Shown piece by piece: positions 46,590-54,731 of a stretch of DNA of 54,731 nt. The stretch is taken from the NCBI GenBank assembly GCA_017507285.1, contig JAFWBF010000155.1:1-54731 (forward strand), read 5' to 3'. The position numbers were made by a program, and so were the translations under genes. This stretch comes from Bacteroidales bacterium. GTDB taxonomy: Bacteria > Bacteroidota > Bacteroidia > Bacteroidales > P3. The notes below the pieces were generated by a model that was not told where the DNA came from, ran no database searches, and was given only the letters and a program-made list of their open reading frames with translations. Each line of letters begins with the position of its first letter. Within the stretch, counting starts at the first letter, position 1.

Positions 46590-46686
46590 CTAACGAATAG
46601 AGCTTCTTATAAATATCAATACATATTATTATACAGGTAATTACACGGAATTTAACATATTAATAATAAATAAAAACATAATTCTT

Positions 46687-49600
46687 ATGAGAAAATTTTA
46701 TTTTATTCCCTTGGTATTGTCGCTGCTATTGGCAATACCTGCCGTGGGACAGGACCGCAACAACGACGACGAAGTTGTAAAATTAGACCAACACACACGC
46801 TACAATTGTAAGCCCAACGAGGTGTTGGTGAAGTTTAACGATTATAGCGACATTAAGCTTGCCGGCAAAGGTGCCAAAACCTTTACTTCGGCAACAAAAA
46901 AAGCCAATGGTGTAAATGCAGTGTTGAAAGAATATGGTGTAAGCAGCATTGAACAGCTGTTGCCAAACTTTGTGATGCCCAAGGCACCACGAAAAGCCAA
47001 AAGCTATGGCGGACAAGACGTGGTGGAAAAAGACCTGAGCCAATTGCACCTTATAGTGCTGGACAAGGAAAGCCCCAAAAACCACTACGAGCTTATAGAA
47101 GAGCTGAAACAGCTGCCCGAGGTGGAATATGCCGAACCTAACTATATATGTTATGCCCTTGGCACTCCAAGCGAAGGCGAGATGCTTTCCGACGCTTTGA
47201 AAGCCGACCATAAATCTACCGCAAACAACCTGAACGCCAAAAGCCAGTTTGCAACCAACGACCCTTTGTATAGCACACAATGGGGCTTTGATGCCGTAGG
47301 ACTAAACCAACTGCTGCAACAACCCAAGCTGGATAGCACTGCCGCACGTAAGATTATTGCCATTATAGATACCGGCGTGGATGTGGACCACGCTGACTTA
47401 GCCGATAATATATGGACCAACACCGCCGAAGCCAACGGTGCCGCAAACCAAGACGACGACGGAAACGGACTGAAAGACGATGTGCATGGCTACGACTTTG
47501 TGAACCAAACCGGCGATATGCACGACTTTAACAGCCATGGCACACACTGTGCAGGTATAGCAGCAGCGGTGGGTGGCAATGGTATAGGTATAATAGGCGC
47601 CAACCCCGATGCACTGATAATGCCCGTAGCAGTAATGCAAAGCGATGGTACCGGCGATGCTGCAACCATTATACGCGGTATAAACTATGCAGCACAAAAC
47701 GGTGCAGATATTATAAGCATGAGTATAGGTACCTATGCCCACTCTATAGCCATGGAGCAAGCCTTGGCACAGGCATACCAAACAGCAGTGCTTGTAGCTG
47801 CTGCCGGTAATGATAGTAGAGCAATAGATCCAAGATGTTGTACTGGCTGCAATCCTACACCTGCACCGATGTATCCCGGTGCTTTCACTTTTGTATTTGG
47901 TGTACAAGCTACATACGATGGAGGTGGTTTGGCGAGTTTCTCTAATTACGATTGCGATGGGCCTTCTTATTCTCAGTACAACGAAGAACAACTGTATAAC
48001 TACGAACTATCCGCTCCCGGTGCAGGCATTATGAGCACAGTGCCCGGCGGACAATACCGCAGCTATAATGGTACATCTATGGCGTGCCCGTTGGTGGCAG
48101 GGGGTATAGCAGCTCTTTTGGATAGACGGGATTATGTATCTACAGAATTATTGTTTGGCGACCTTATCAACTATTCCACCGAGTTTATGCCTGTAAATTT
48201 TATGACAATATATAGTGCCGATAGTGTATCGCCTGCTATATTTCAGGCTGTTACAATAGAAGTAAACGATACTATGTATGGCGATGGCGGTATGTATGCC
48301 GATGCGGGAGAACATATACAAATATACCCTACCATACGCACAATGTGGGGTGCTGCCGATAGTATAGTATATTGGATAGAATACCAAGAATTTGAAGATA
48401 CTAATACATTGCAAATATTGCAGGATAGGCAAATGCTTGGCCGCCCTTTATCAAGCTACGCCAAAGCCAAAGCTCTTAATCCTATAGATATATTGGTGGA
48501 TAGCAATATAGTGGATGGACGTAAAATATGTCTTACCCTTTGTGCCACTGCCCCTAATGCCACAGATACCTTAAAGCACGATTTTACACTAAAAGTAACC
48601 AATGGAGTAAAACTATTTGGTCTTATAAACCAAAATGATACCCTTTGGCCTAATGTACAATATATTGTTACCTCAAATCTGCGTGTAGCCGATGGCGATA
48701 CATTATTTATTATGCCGGGTACTACTTTAAAAATTGGTGATGGATGCATAATATCGGGATGCATAATAGCAAACGGAAAACCTGATAGCATGATTACTTT
48801 TACCAAAACAGATCTTGGACAAGGTTGGTCCGGTTTTGGATTTAATTCTAATGTTAATGTAAGTTATTGCAAAATATCTGAAATTAATTATGTAGGAGGT
48901 CCCAATTGTAATGTACCTGTAATAAGTAGAAATACATCATATTATAATAATAATATAATGTCCTTTGATTTTAGATATGAAATCAGTCAATCGTATAAAA
49001 ATACTTTCTACAATAATGGATATGGAAGTATTTTATTATCCGGAATGTCCTATGTAAACTTTACGCACAATAATATAATTGAAAACTATAACCTCCTTTC
49101 TTATGACGATGCCTCAGTTTCTTCGTTTGAATATCCGACAATGAATTTAAATATATTTAATAATAGTCCGTATAATATTCATGTCTCCTATCAAGATTGT
49201 CTAAATAGTAACAATACATATTATGGTTCAAGTAAAGAAGAAATTATTCGTCAAGGAATTTGGGATATGTTTTATCCCGGTGCTACCACATCGTATTATG
49301 TAGATTTAAGTAATCGAGCTAATCGCCCAAGTGCCGAGGCACACGGTATAGTATGGAAGGTGGAAGTAAACGGCTATGATGCACAAGATGAGTTTGATTC
49401 CATAGCTCCACTTGGTATGGGTACTCACGAGTTTAAGGTTTACTTCAACCGTGCCATGGATACCAATGTTACTCCAATGCTGGCTATGGGTGTGCGTCCG
49501 CCATACACTCAAACTGCCATAGGCGAGAATGCCTATTGGAGTGCCGATAGCACAATATGGACTGCCCACCTTACCCTTACGGGCCGCGATGCCATAGACG

Positions 49601-50859
49601 GGCTTAACCGTATATATGTAGCCAACGCACAGGACAACGAACACTTCGAGATACCGTTCGAGAACAAACGCTTTAATGTATATGTATCTTCGGCAGGTAG
49701 TATGTCGGCAGGTTTCCAAGCCACAGCAGGCATAGGCAAGATAGACCTTGAGTGGAACGACCAAGAGGTTAATTACGAAGATTTCCTTGGTTTTAACCTT
49801 TATCGTTTCCAATACGATAGTATATTTATACCTGCTCATTACGATGAAAACTGGAACTATATAAACGATACAACAATATGGGGAGTAACCGATACAATAT
49901 TGCTAAACAAAACTTTATTGCAAGATACCGTATATACCGACTTTGATGTAGTGCCGGGCGAACGTTACTATTATTATTACAAGATACTTAGCACATCGCT
50001 AACCGAAAACTCGCCCTCAAAGCTGGTAAGCTGTGTACCTCATAGCAGCATACGCGGCGATGCCAACGGTAGCTATGCAGTAGATGTAGCCGACGTTATA
50101 ACCACCATCAACTATGTGGTGGGCAACAACCCACAACCTTTCCTATTCGATGCCGCCGACGTTAACGGCGATGGAGTTATAAACGTATTGGATGTGGTGG
50201 GTACCATAAATATAATACTACATCCCGAAAACTCCAATGCCAAAGACAGCTATGAACAACAAACCGCTATATACACTATCGAAGACGGAATACTATACAT
50301 CAACACCCCTGTGGCATTGGGCGGATTGCAGTTTACACTAAGCAACACCACTATGAACGATATAGAAGTACTATCGGCACTGAGTGGCTTTGAGCTGGTA
50401 AACACTACTGCCGATGGCAACCTTACCCTGATGGCATACAGCATGAGCGGTATGCAGATACCCGAAGGCAAACACGCACTATTGCGTATAGGCGAAAAGG
50501 AAATAAGTAATATAGTACTTAGCGATACCGAAGGCCACAATGTGATACCTTTGAAGGGTGGCGAAGTGGGCGTAACCGATATAGAATCGGTAAAAGCACA
50601 AATAATGAAAGCATTCCCAAATCCATTCGAGAAAGAAGTACAGCTTACTTTTGTAGTGGGCAGCAATAATATAAGCAATGCCCGCCTTGTGTTCACCGAT
50701 GTGATAGGCAGACAAATAGACCAACACGAAATGGATATACACACTGCAGGACAATATTCCTACACATGGAAAGCCAAAGGAATGCAACGCGGAATGTACT
50801 TTGCCACATTGTATGTAGATGGCCAAAAAGCCCATACAATGAAACTGATATTGAAATAA
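46687..50859 (+). CDS. S8 (subtilisin-family) serine peptidase, multidomain, with a dockerin-like module and a T9SS C-terminal sorting domain
   Basis: Signal peptide. Catalytic triad contexts IAIIDTGVDVDH, HGTHCAG and GTSMACP. Beta-helix-like middle region. Dockerin-type duplicated Ca-binding segment GDANGSYAVDVADV...DVNGDGVINVLDVVGTINIIL. C-terminal FPNPF...LILK is a T9SS CTD. Confidence 0.9.
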   Translation: MRKFYFIPLVLSLLLAIPAVGQDRNNDDEVVKLDQHTRYNCKPNEVLVKFNDYSDIKLAGKGAKTFTSATKKANGVNAVLKEYGVSSIEQLLPNFVMPKAPRKAKSYGGQDVVEKDLSQLHLIVLDKESPKNHYELIEELKQLPEVEYAEPNYICYALGTPSEGEMLSDALKADHKSTANNLNAKSQFATNDPLYSTQWGFDAVGLNQLLQQPKLDSTAARKIIAIIDTGVDVDHADLADNIWTNTAEANGAANQDDDGNGLKDDVHGYDFVNQTGDMHDFNSHGTHCAGIAAAVGGNGIGIIGANPDALIMPVAVMQSDGTGDAATIIRGINYAAQNGADIISMSIGTYAHSIAMEQALAQAYQTAVLVAAAGNDSRAIDPRCCTGCNPTPAPMYPGAFTFVFGVQATYDGGGLASFSNYDCDGPSYSQYNEEQLYNYELSAPGAGIMSTVPGGQYRSYNGTSMACPLVAGGIAALLDRRDYVSTELLFGDLINYSTEFMPVNFMTIYSADSVSPAIFQAVTIEVNDTMYGDGGMYADAGEHIQIYPTIRTMWGAADSIVYWIEYQEFEDTNTLQILQDRQMLGRPLSSYAKAKALNPIDILVDSNIVDGRKICLTLCATAPNATDTLKHDFTLKVTNGVKLFGLINQNDTLWPNVQYIVTSNLRVADGDTLFIMPGTTLKIGDGCIISGCIIANGKPDSMITFTKTDLGQGWSGFGFNSNVNVSYCKISEINYVGGPNCNVPVISRNTSYYNNNIMSFDFRYEISQSYKNTFYNNGYGSILLSGMSYVNFTHNNIIENYNLLSYDDASVSSFEYPTMNLNIFNNSPYNIHVSYQDCLNSNNTYYGSSKEEIIRQGIWDMFYPGATTSYYVDLSNRANRPSAEAHGIVWKVEVNGYDAQDEFDSIAPLGMGTHEFKVYFNRAMDTNVTPMLAMGVRPPYTQTAIGENAYWSADSTIWTAHLTLTGRDAIDGLNRIYVANAQDNEHFEIPFENKRFNVYVSSAGSMSAGFQATAGIGKIDLEWNDQEVNYEDFLGFNLYRFQYDSIFIPAHYDENWNYINDTTIWGVTDTILLNKTLLQDTVYTDFDVVPGERYYYYYKILSTSLTENSPSKLVSCVPHSSIRGDANGSYAVDVADVITTINYVVGNNPQPFLFDAADVNGDGVINVLDVVGTINIILHPENSNAKDSYEQQTAIYTIEDGILYINTPVALGGLQFTLSNTTMNDIEVLSALSGFELVNTTADGNLTLMAYSMSGMQIPEGKHALLRIGEKEISNIVLSDTEGHNVIPLKGGEVGVTDIESVKAQIMKAFPNPFEKEVQLTFVVGSNNISNARLVFTDVIGRQIDQHEMDIHTAGQYSYTWKAKGMQRGMYFATLYVDGQKAHTMKLILK

Positions 50860-50882
50860 TAATATGAAAGGAGACCCTTGAA

Positions 50883-53800
50883 ATGAAAAAGCTCCTTATA
50901 ACACTTATATTGCTTGGTGCAATATACGGTGGCAGCCGTGCCGATAATGTGATGACCTTGAGTGAGGCTCAAGGTCGTCCGGCCGACACGCTGACGTTTT
51001 CCTTGTCGCTGTCTAACAGCGACAGCCCCGTGGCACTGCAAGCCATGGTGCCGCTACATGGGCAGTTCGGCTACGTGGAAGGTTCGTGTACCTTGTCATC
51101 ACGTGCCAATGGTCATGCCCTCACTGCAATGGTACTCGACGATACCCTTAGGATATATTCCTACTCACTATCGTTGCTACCATACAATGGCAACAGTGGC
51201 GAGATATTAAGTTTTCAACTTATTGCCCGTCAAGAGCCGGCAACATATACCATGCCACTGTGCAATGCCATACTCTCCGACGCATCGGGCAATGCACTGC
51301 CACTGCAAACCACAGCAGGCACTGCCACTATATTGGCACCCAAGGTGTCGGTATCTACCTCGGCTATCAACTATGGACATATACCCATACTATCGACCTA
51401 CACCCGCACTGTAACCGTCAGCAATATAGGCAATCAGCCACTGGCTATAAACGGAATAACCACCGGCGATGCCACACTTACGCATACACCGGCAACGGCA
51501 AATATCGAAGCCGGCAGTACGCATACTTTCACCATTACCTATAATCCGCTATATGCCGGAGCCATCGAGCGACGTGCCATAGTAAATACCAATGCCAAGG
51601 TAGGCGACAGCATTATAATGATAACCGCCGACCCATTTGCTGTAAACGAGTTGAGACCACTGAATGCCACGGGCTATACCGACAGTATAGTGCGCATACA
51701 GCTGCGTATGAACAATATGGACAGCATAGTGGGATTGCAAACATCCATCAAACTACCCTCGTCGCTTATATATGTACCCGGTAGCTTTGCCGTGGATAGC
51801 AGTCGCAGCCAAAACCATATAGCCACGGCAGGTTTGCAAGGCGACACCCTTACAATGATGATTGTAAGTACCGAAAACAAGCCTCTGCGTGGTGGCGATG
51901 GTGTGGTGGCATACTTTGATGTGCAGTTGCACGGATATGGATCGTTTACATTAAACCTTCGCAACACTGTACTTGCCGATACGGCAGAACGCAATGGACT
52001 GTCGGCTGTATATACAGGTAGAGTAAGCATTCAAAGTCCGCGTATAGTGTGCAATGCCTCGTTGGATATGGGTAGCAGTGCTGTTACCGGGCTGCCCACA
52101 TCGCAATATGTGGTAAGCAATACGGGCAATGCACCGCTAATTATAGACCGTGTGTTGTTTATGGATCCACACTTCGAGCTGGTAGATAGTCTGCCCATAG
52201 TTATAAGCAGCAACTATAGCCGTAGCATAAATATCCGCTACACCGGAACAGTAGAGGGCAACTATTCCACCACCATGCAGATATATAGCAACGACCCCAA
52301 TAACGAACTGAAGAATGTGGCACTAAGCTGCCACCGCTACGAGCCTAACAGCCTATATATGCAAGCCGATAGTGTGCCTACTTTTGCCGACGCAACCGTA
52401 GAATTTGTATTGGAAAACTACTCCGATATTACCGCGGTGCAGATGGATTTCACCTATCCACATCGCCATTATGTGGTAAATGCTTCGGACTTTGCTTTGA
52501 CCAACCGTGCTTCGGGACATACTGCCAGTGTGGCACGGCTCAACGATTCTACTTTCCGTGTGCTATTCCTATCGCTACAAAATAGTGCTTTTGTTGGCAA
52601 CGATGGTATTGTGGGATACGTAACATTGCACCCAACAGACCCAACCGGTGTTGGTAGCTATACTGCTAATATCAGCAATGTATTGGTAGCCGACCAAGAT
52701 GGAACAAACAAACTTACTACACTCGACAGCATAGTACATTGGAATACGTTTGTACAATCATTTACTATATCGGGCAATACCAACAACGACAGATGTAGTA
52801 TTGCAGGATTGGGAACATACAACTCGGGTAGCACCGTAACGCTTACAGCTAATGCCGGTACCAATTGTAGTTTCCTACGTTGGGAAAACGGCGACACGGC
52901 TACTACACGTACCATTACTGTAATATCCGACACAACGGTATATGCCTATTTTATGCAGACAGACAGTATTATGTTTAACGATGTATTTTGCCAAGGAACG
53001 GTATATAACTATGGTGGTACGACCATAAATACTGCCGGTACCTATTACCGCCAAAGCGGCACAGAATATTTTGATACCGTATATACATTATCCCTTTCGA
53101 TGATAGCTAAAGTATATGACACCATCGAGAGAGTGATAGGCGATAATGATACCTATACCTTTAATGGAACAGTATTGTCTCAAACCGGATATTACAACGA
53201 TACACTTGTGGCTTCGCTTACAGGTTGCGACAGCATTGTTACCCTACACCTAATGGTATTACCTGTAATTACCAACTATATATACGATACCATTTGTCAA
53301 GGCAACACCTACAACCAATACGGATTCAGCGTATCAGAGGCAGGGTTGTATGGCGATACTTTGCAAACATCGCTTGGTATAGATTCCATAGTATTTCTGT
53401 CATTGGCTGTAATGCCAAATTACACTATGGCTACACACGACACTATATGTGCCGGCAATAGCTATACATTTGGAGGCAACACCTACACCCAATCGGGAAC
53501 ATACGCCGATACACTTGCATCTATATTTGGTTGCGACAGTATAGTGGTGCTAAACCTTGTGGTAAATAGTGGAACCGGTAGTTTTGACAATATTGTTGCC
53601 TGCGATAGTTACACATGGATAGATGGTAACACCTATACAGAAAGTAACAACACTGCTACATATACATTGACCAACGCAGCAGGTTGCGACAGCGTTATAA
53701 CTCTAAACCTTACTATCAACAGAAGTACTACTTACACAGATATAGTTACAGCTTGCGATAGTTACACATGGATAGATGGTAACACCTATACTGCCGGTAA

Positions 53801-54725
53801 TAATACTGCTACATATACATTGACCAATGTAGCAGGTTGCGATAGTGTAGTAACCCTAAACCTTACTATCAACCAATCTACAACAGGTAGCGATGTGCAA
53901 GTGGTATGTGATAGCTTTACTTGGATAGACGGTGTTACTTATACCGAGAGCACCAACACACCTACCTATACACTTACAGCAGCCAATGGTTGCGACAGTG
54001 TGATAACACTCAATCTTACTGTCAACCATAGCATAGCTGTAACCGATACGGTAGTAGCATGTGGTAGCTACACATGGATAGACGGTAACACCTATACACA
54101 ATCTATCAATACTCCTACTTACACATTTACATCAGTAAGTGGCTGCGACAGTGTGGTAACTCTCAACCTCACCATCAACCCAAATGCAACCGGCATAGAT
54201 ACACAAGTATCTTGCGACAGCTATACATGGATAGATGGTGTTACATATACCGAGAGTACCAACACACCTACTTATACACTTACAGCAGCCAATGGTTGCG
54301 ACAGTGTGGTAACGCTCAATCTTACTATCAATCTTTCGGTACACGATACCATAGTGGATACCGCCATAAATGAATACACATGGAACGGTGCTACCTATAC
54401 CGAAAGTGGAGTATATATGTACGAAGGTGTAACCACTGCCGGTTGCGATAGTATAGTTACACTTATGCTTACAATACAAGCCATTGGCATAGAAGGTATA
54501 GATATATTAAGCGAACTTACATTCTATCCAAACCCAACAAGCGGTACTATCACTTTCAACCGCACGGATATAAATAAGGTTGAGGTGCTTGATGCCGTGG
54601 GTAGAACAGTGGCTGTATACGAAAACGCACATATAATAGATATTTCCAAGCTAACCAAAGGTTATTATACCATGCGTATAACCACCGCCGAGGGCGTGGC
54701 TGTTCGCAAGGTGGTGCGTAACTAA
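50883..54725 (+). CDS. T9SS cargo surface protein: 3 cohesin-like modules alternating with Ig-like domains, an InlB B-repeat-like domain, about 10 two-cysteine repeats, and a T9SS CTD
   Basis: Signal peptide MKKLLITLILLGAIYGGSRA. Repeats of the type CDSYTWIDGNTYTESNNTATYTLTNAAGCDSVITLNLTIN. The C-terminus FYPNPTSGTITFN...VVRN is a T9SS CTD. The cohesin-like call is by sequence pattern only. Confidence 0.8.
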   Translation: MKKLLITLILLGAIYGGSRADNVMTLSEAQGRPADTLTFSLSLSNSDSPVALQAMVPLHGQFGYVEGSCTLSSRANGHALTAMVLDDTLRIYSYSLSLLPYNGNSGEILSFQLIARQEPATYTMPLCNAILSDASGNALPLQTTAGTATILAPKVSVSTSAINYGHIPILSTYTRTVTVSNIGNQPLAINGITTGDATLTHTPATANIEAGSTHTFTITYNPLYAGAIERRAIVNTNAKVGDSIIMITADPFAVNELRPLNATGYTDSIVRIQLRMNNMDSIVGLQTSIKLPSSLIYVPGSFAVDSSRSQNHIATAGLQGDTLTMMIVSTENKPLRGGDGVVAYFDVQLHGYGSFTLNLRNTVLADTAERNGLSAVYTGRVSIQSPRIVCNASLDMGSSAVTGLPTSQYVVSNTGNAPLIIDRVLFMDPHFELVDSLPIVISSNYSRSINIRYTGTVEGNYSTTMQIYSNDPNNELKNVALSCHRYEPNSLYMQADSVPTFADATVEFVLENYSDITAVQMDFTYPHRHYVVNASDFALTNRASGHTASVARLNDSTFRVLFLSLQNSAFVGNDGIVGYVTLHPTDPTGVGSYTANISNVLVADQDGTNKLTTLDSIVHWNTFVQSFTISGNTNNDRCSIAGLGTYNSGSTVTLTANAGTNCSFLRWENGDTATTRTITVISDTTVYAYFMQTDSIMFNDVFCQGTVYNYGGTTINTAGTYYRQSGTEYFDTVYTLSLSMIAKVYDTIERVIGDNDTYTFNGTVLSQTGYYNDTLVASLTGCDSIVTLHLMVLPVITNYIYDTICQGNTYNQYGFSVSEAGLYGDTLQTSLGIDSIVFLSLAVMPNYTMATHDTICAGNSYTFGGNTYTQSGTYADTLASIFGCDSIVVLNLVVNSGTGSFDNIVACDSYTWIDGNTYTESNNTATYTLTNAAGCDSVITLNLTINRSTTYTDIVTACDSYTWIDGNTYTAGNNTATYTLTNVAGCDSVVTLNLTINQSTTGSDVQVVCDSFTWIDGVTYTESTNTPTYTLTAANGCDSVITLNLTVNHSIAVTDTVVACGSYTWIDGNTYTQSINTPTYTFTSVSGCDSVVTLNLTINPNATGIDTQVSCDSYTWIDGVTYTESTNTPTYTLTAANGCDSVVTLNLTINLSVHDTIVDTAINEYTWNGATYTESGVYMYEGVTTAGCDSIVTLMLTIQAIGIEGIDILSELTFYPNPTSGTITFNRTDINKVEVLDAVGRTVAVYENAHIIDISKLTKGYYTMRITTAEGVAVRKVVRN
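53601..54480 (+). repeat. in-frame 153-bp (51-codon) tandem repeats, about 6 well-conserved units
   Basis: The first Cys codon of successive units is at 53601, 53754, 53907, 54060 and 54213, an exact 153-bp period. A divergent unit starts at 54366. Four more diverged units lie upstream, from about 52989. Confidence 0.9.
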
Positions 54726-54731
54726 TATTAG

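Noticed and set aside
1-54731. Search by eye for rRNA, tRNA, tmRNA, RNase P or SRP RNA, for prophage or integrase genes, and for defence systems (restriction-modification, toxin-antitoxin, CBASS/retron-like genes).
   Set aside because: I found no cloverleaf-like GC-rich segments or conserved RNA signatures in the gaps. Every large ORF has a housekeeping, T9SS or surface-protein assignment. Small structured RNAs cannot be excluded without covariance-model searches.

Overview
This is an AT-rich chromosomal segment from a Bacteroidota (Bacteroidales-like) genome. All protein calls rest on motifs read by eye from the ORF track; no HMM or BLAST search was possible. About the first 38 kb holds housekeeping genes on both strands: ychF, uvrB, recA, an rluB-like pseudouridine synthase, an S46 dipeptidyl-peptidase, an OmpA-family lipoprotein, xth, a 7TM-HD phosphohydrolase, rlmN, dnaA, a flavin reductase, hemW, an M16 peptidase, glgB, a porin/transporter trio, cdd, dusB, and a CoA-transferase subunit A with a hot-dog protein. 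From 38.4 kb there is a complete type IX secretion/gliding core operon (porP/sprF-gldK-gldL-gldM-gldN) plus a second gldN paralog. Two very large predicted T9SS cargo genes follow. One is a 1390-aa S8 subtilase carrying a dockerin-like module. The other is a 1280-aa protein with three cohesin-like modules and about ten two-cysteine repeats. I saw no rRNA, tRNA, CRISPR array, integrase, prophage or recognisable defence genes, so I cannot point to a novel protein-coding system. The unusual content is non-coding. (i) A MITE-like element with 18-bp terminal inverted repeats occurs in four copies plus two fragments. (ii) Helically phased 21-23 bp tandem 'brick' arrays, built from short and mostly palindromic cores, occur in at least seven intergenic gaps, and some cores are shared between distant gaps. 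One of these is a 211-bp element whose nine units are laid out with exact dyad symmetry. These arrays are the best candidate here for something undescribed; their function is inference only. Secondary leads are a dockerin/cohesin pairing between adjacent T9SS cargo genes, G8 and G7 homopolymer tracts inside gldK and porP, a 25-aa-repeat protein directly downstream of recA, and an inverted-repeat-flanked segment upstream of the S8 protease.
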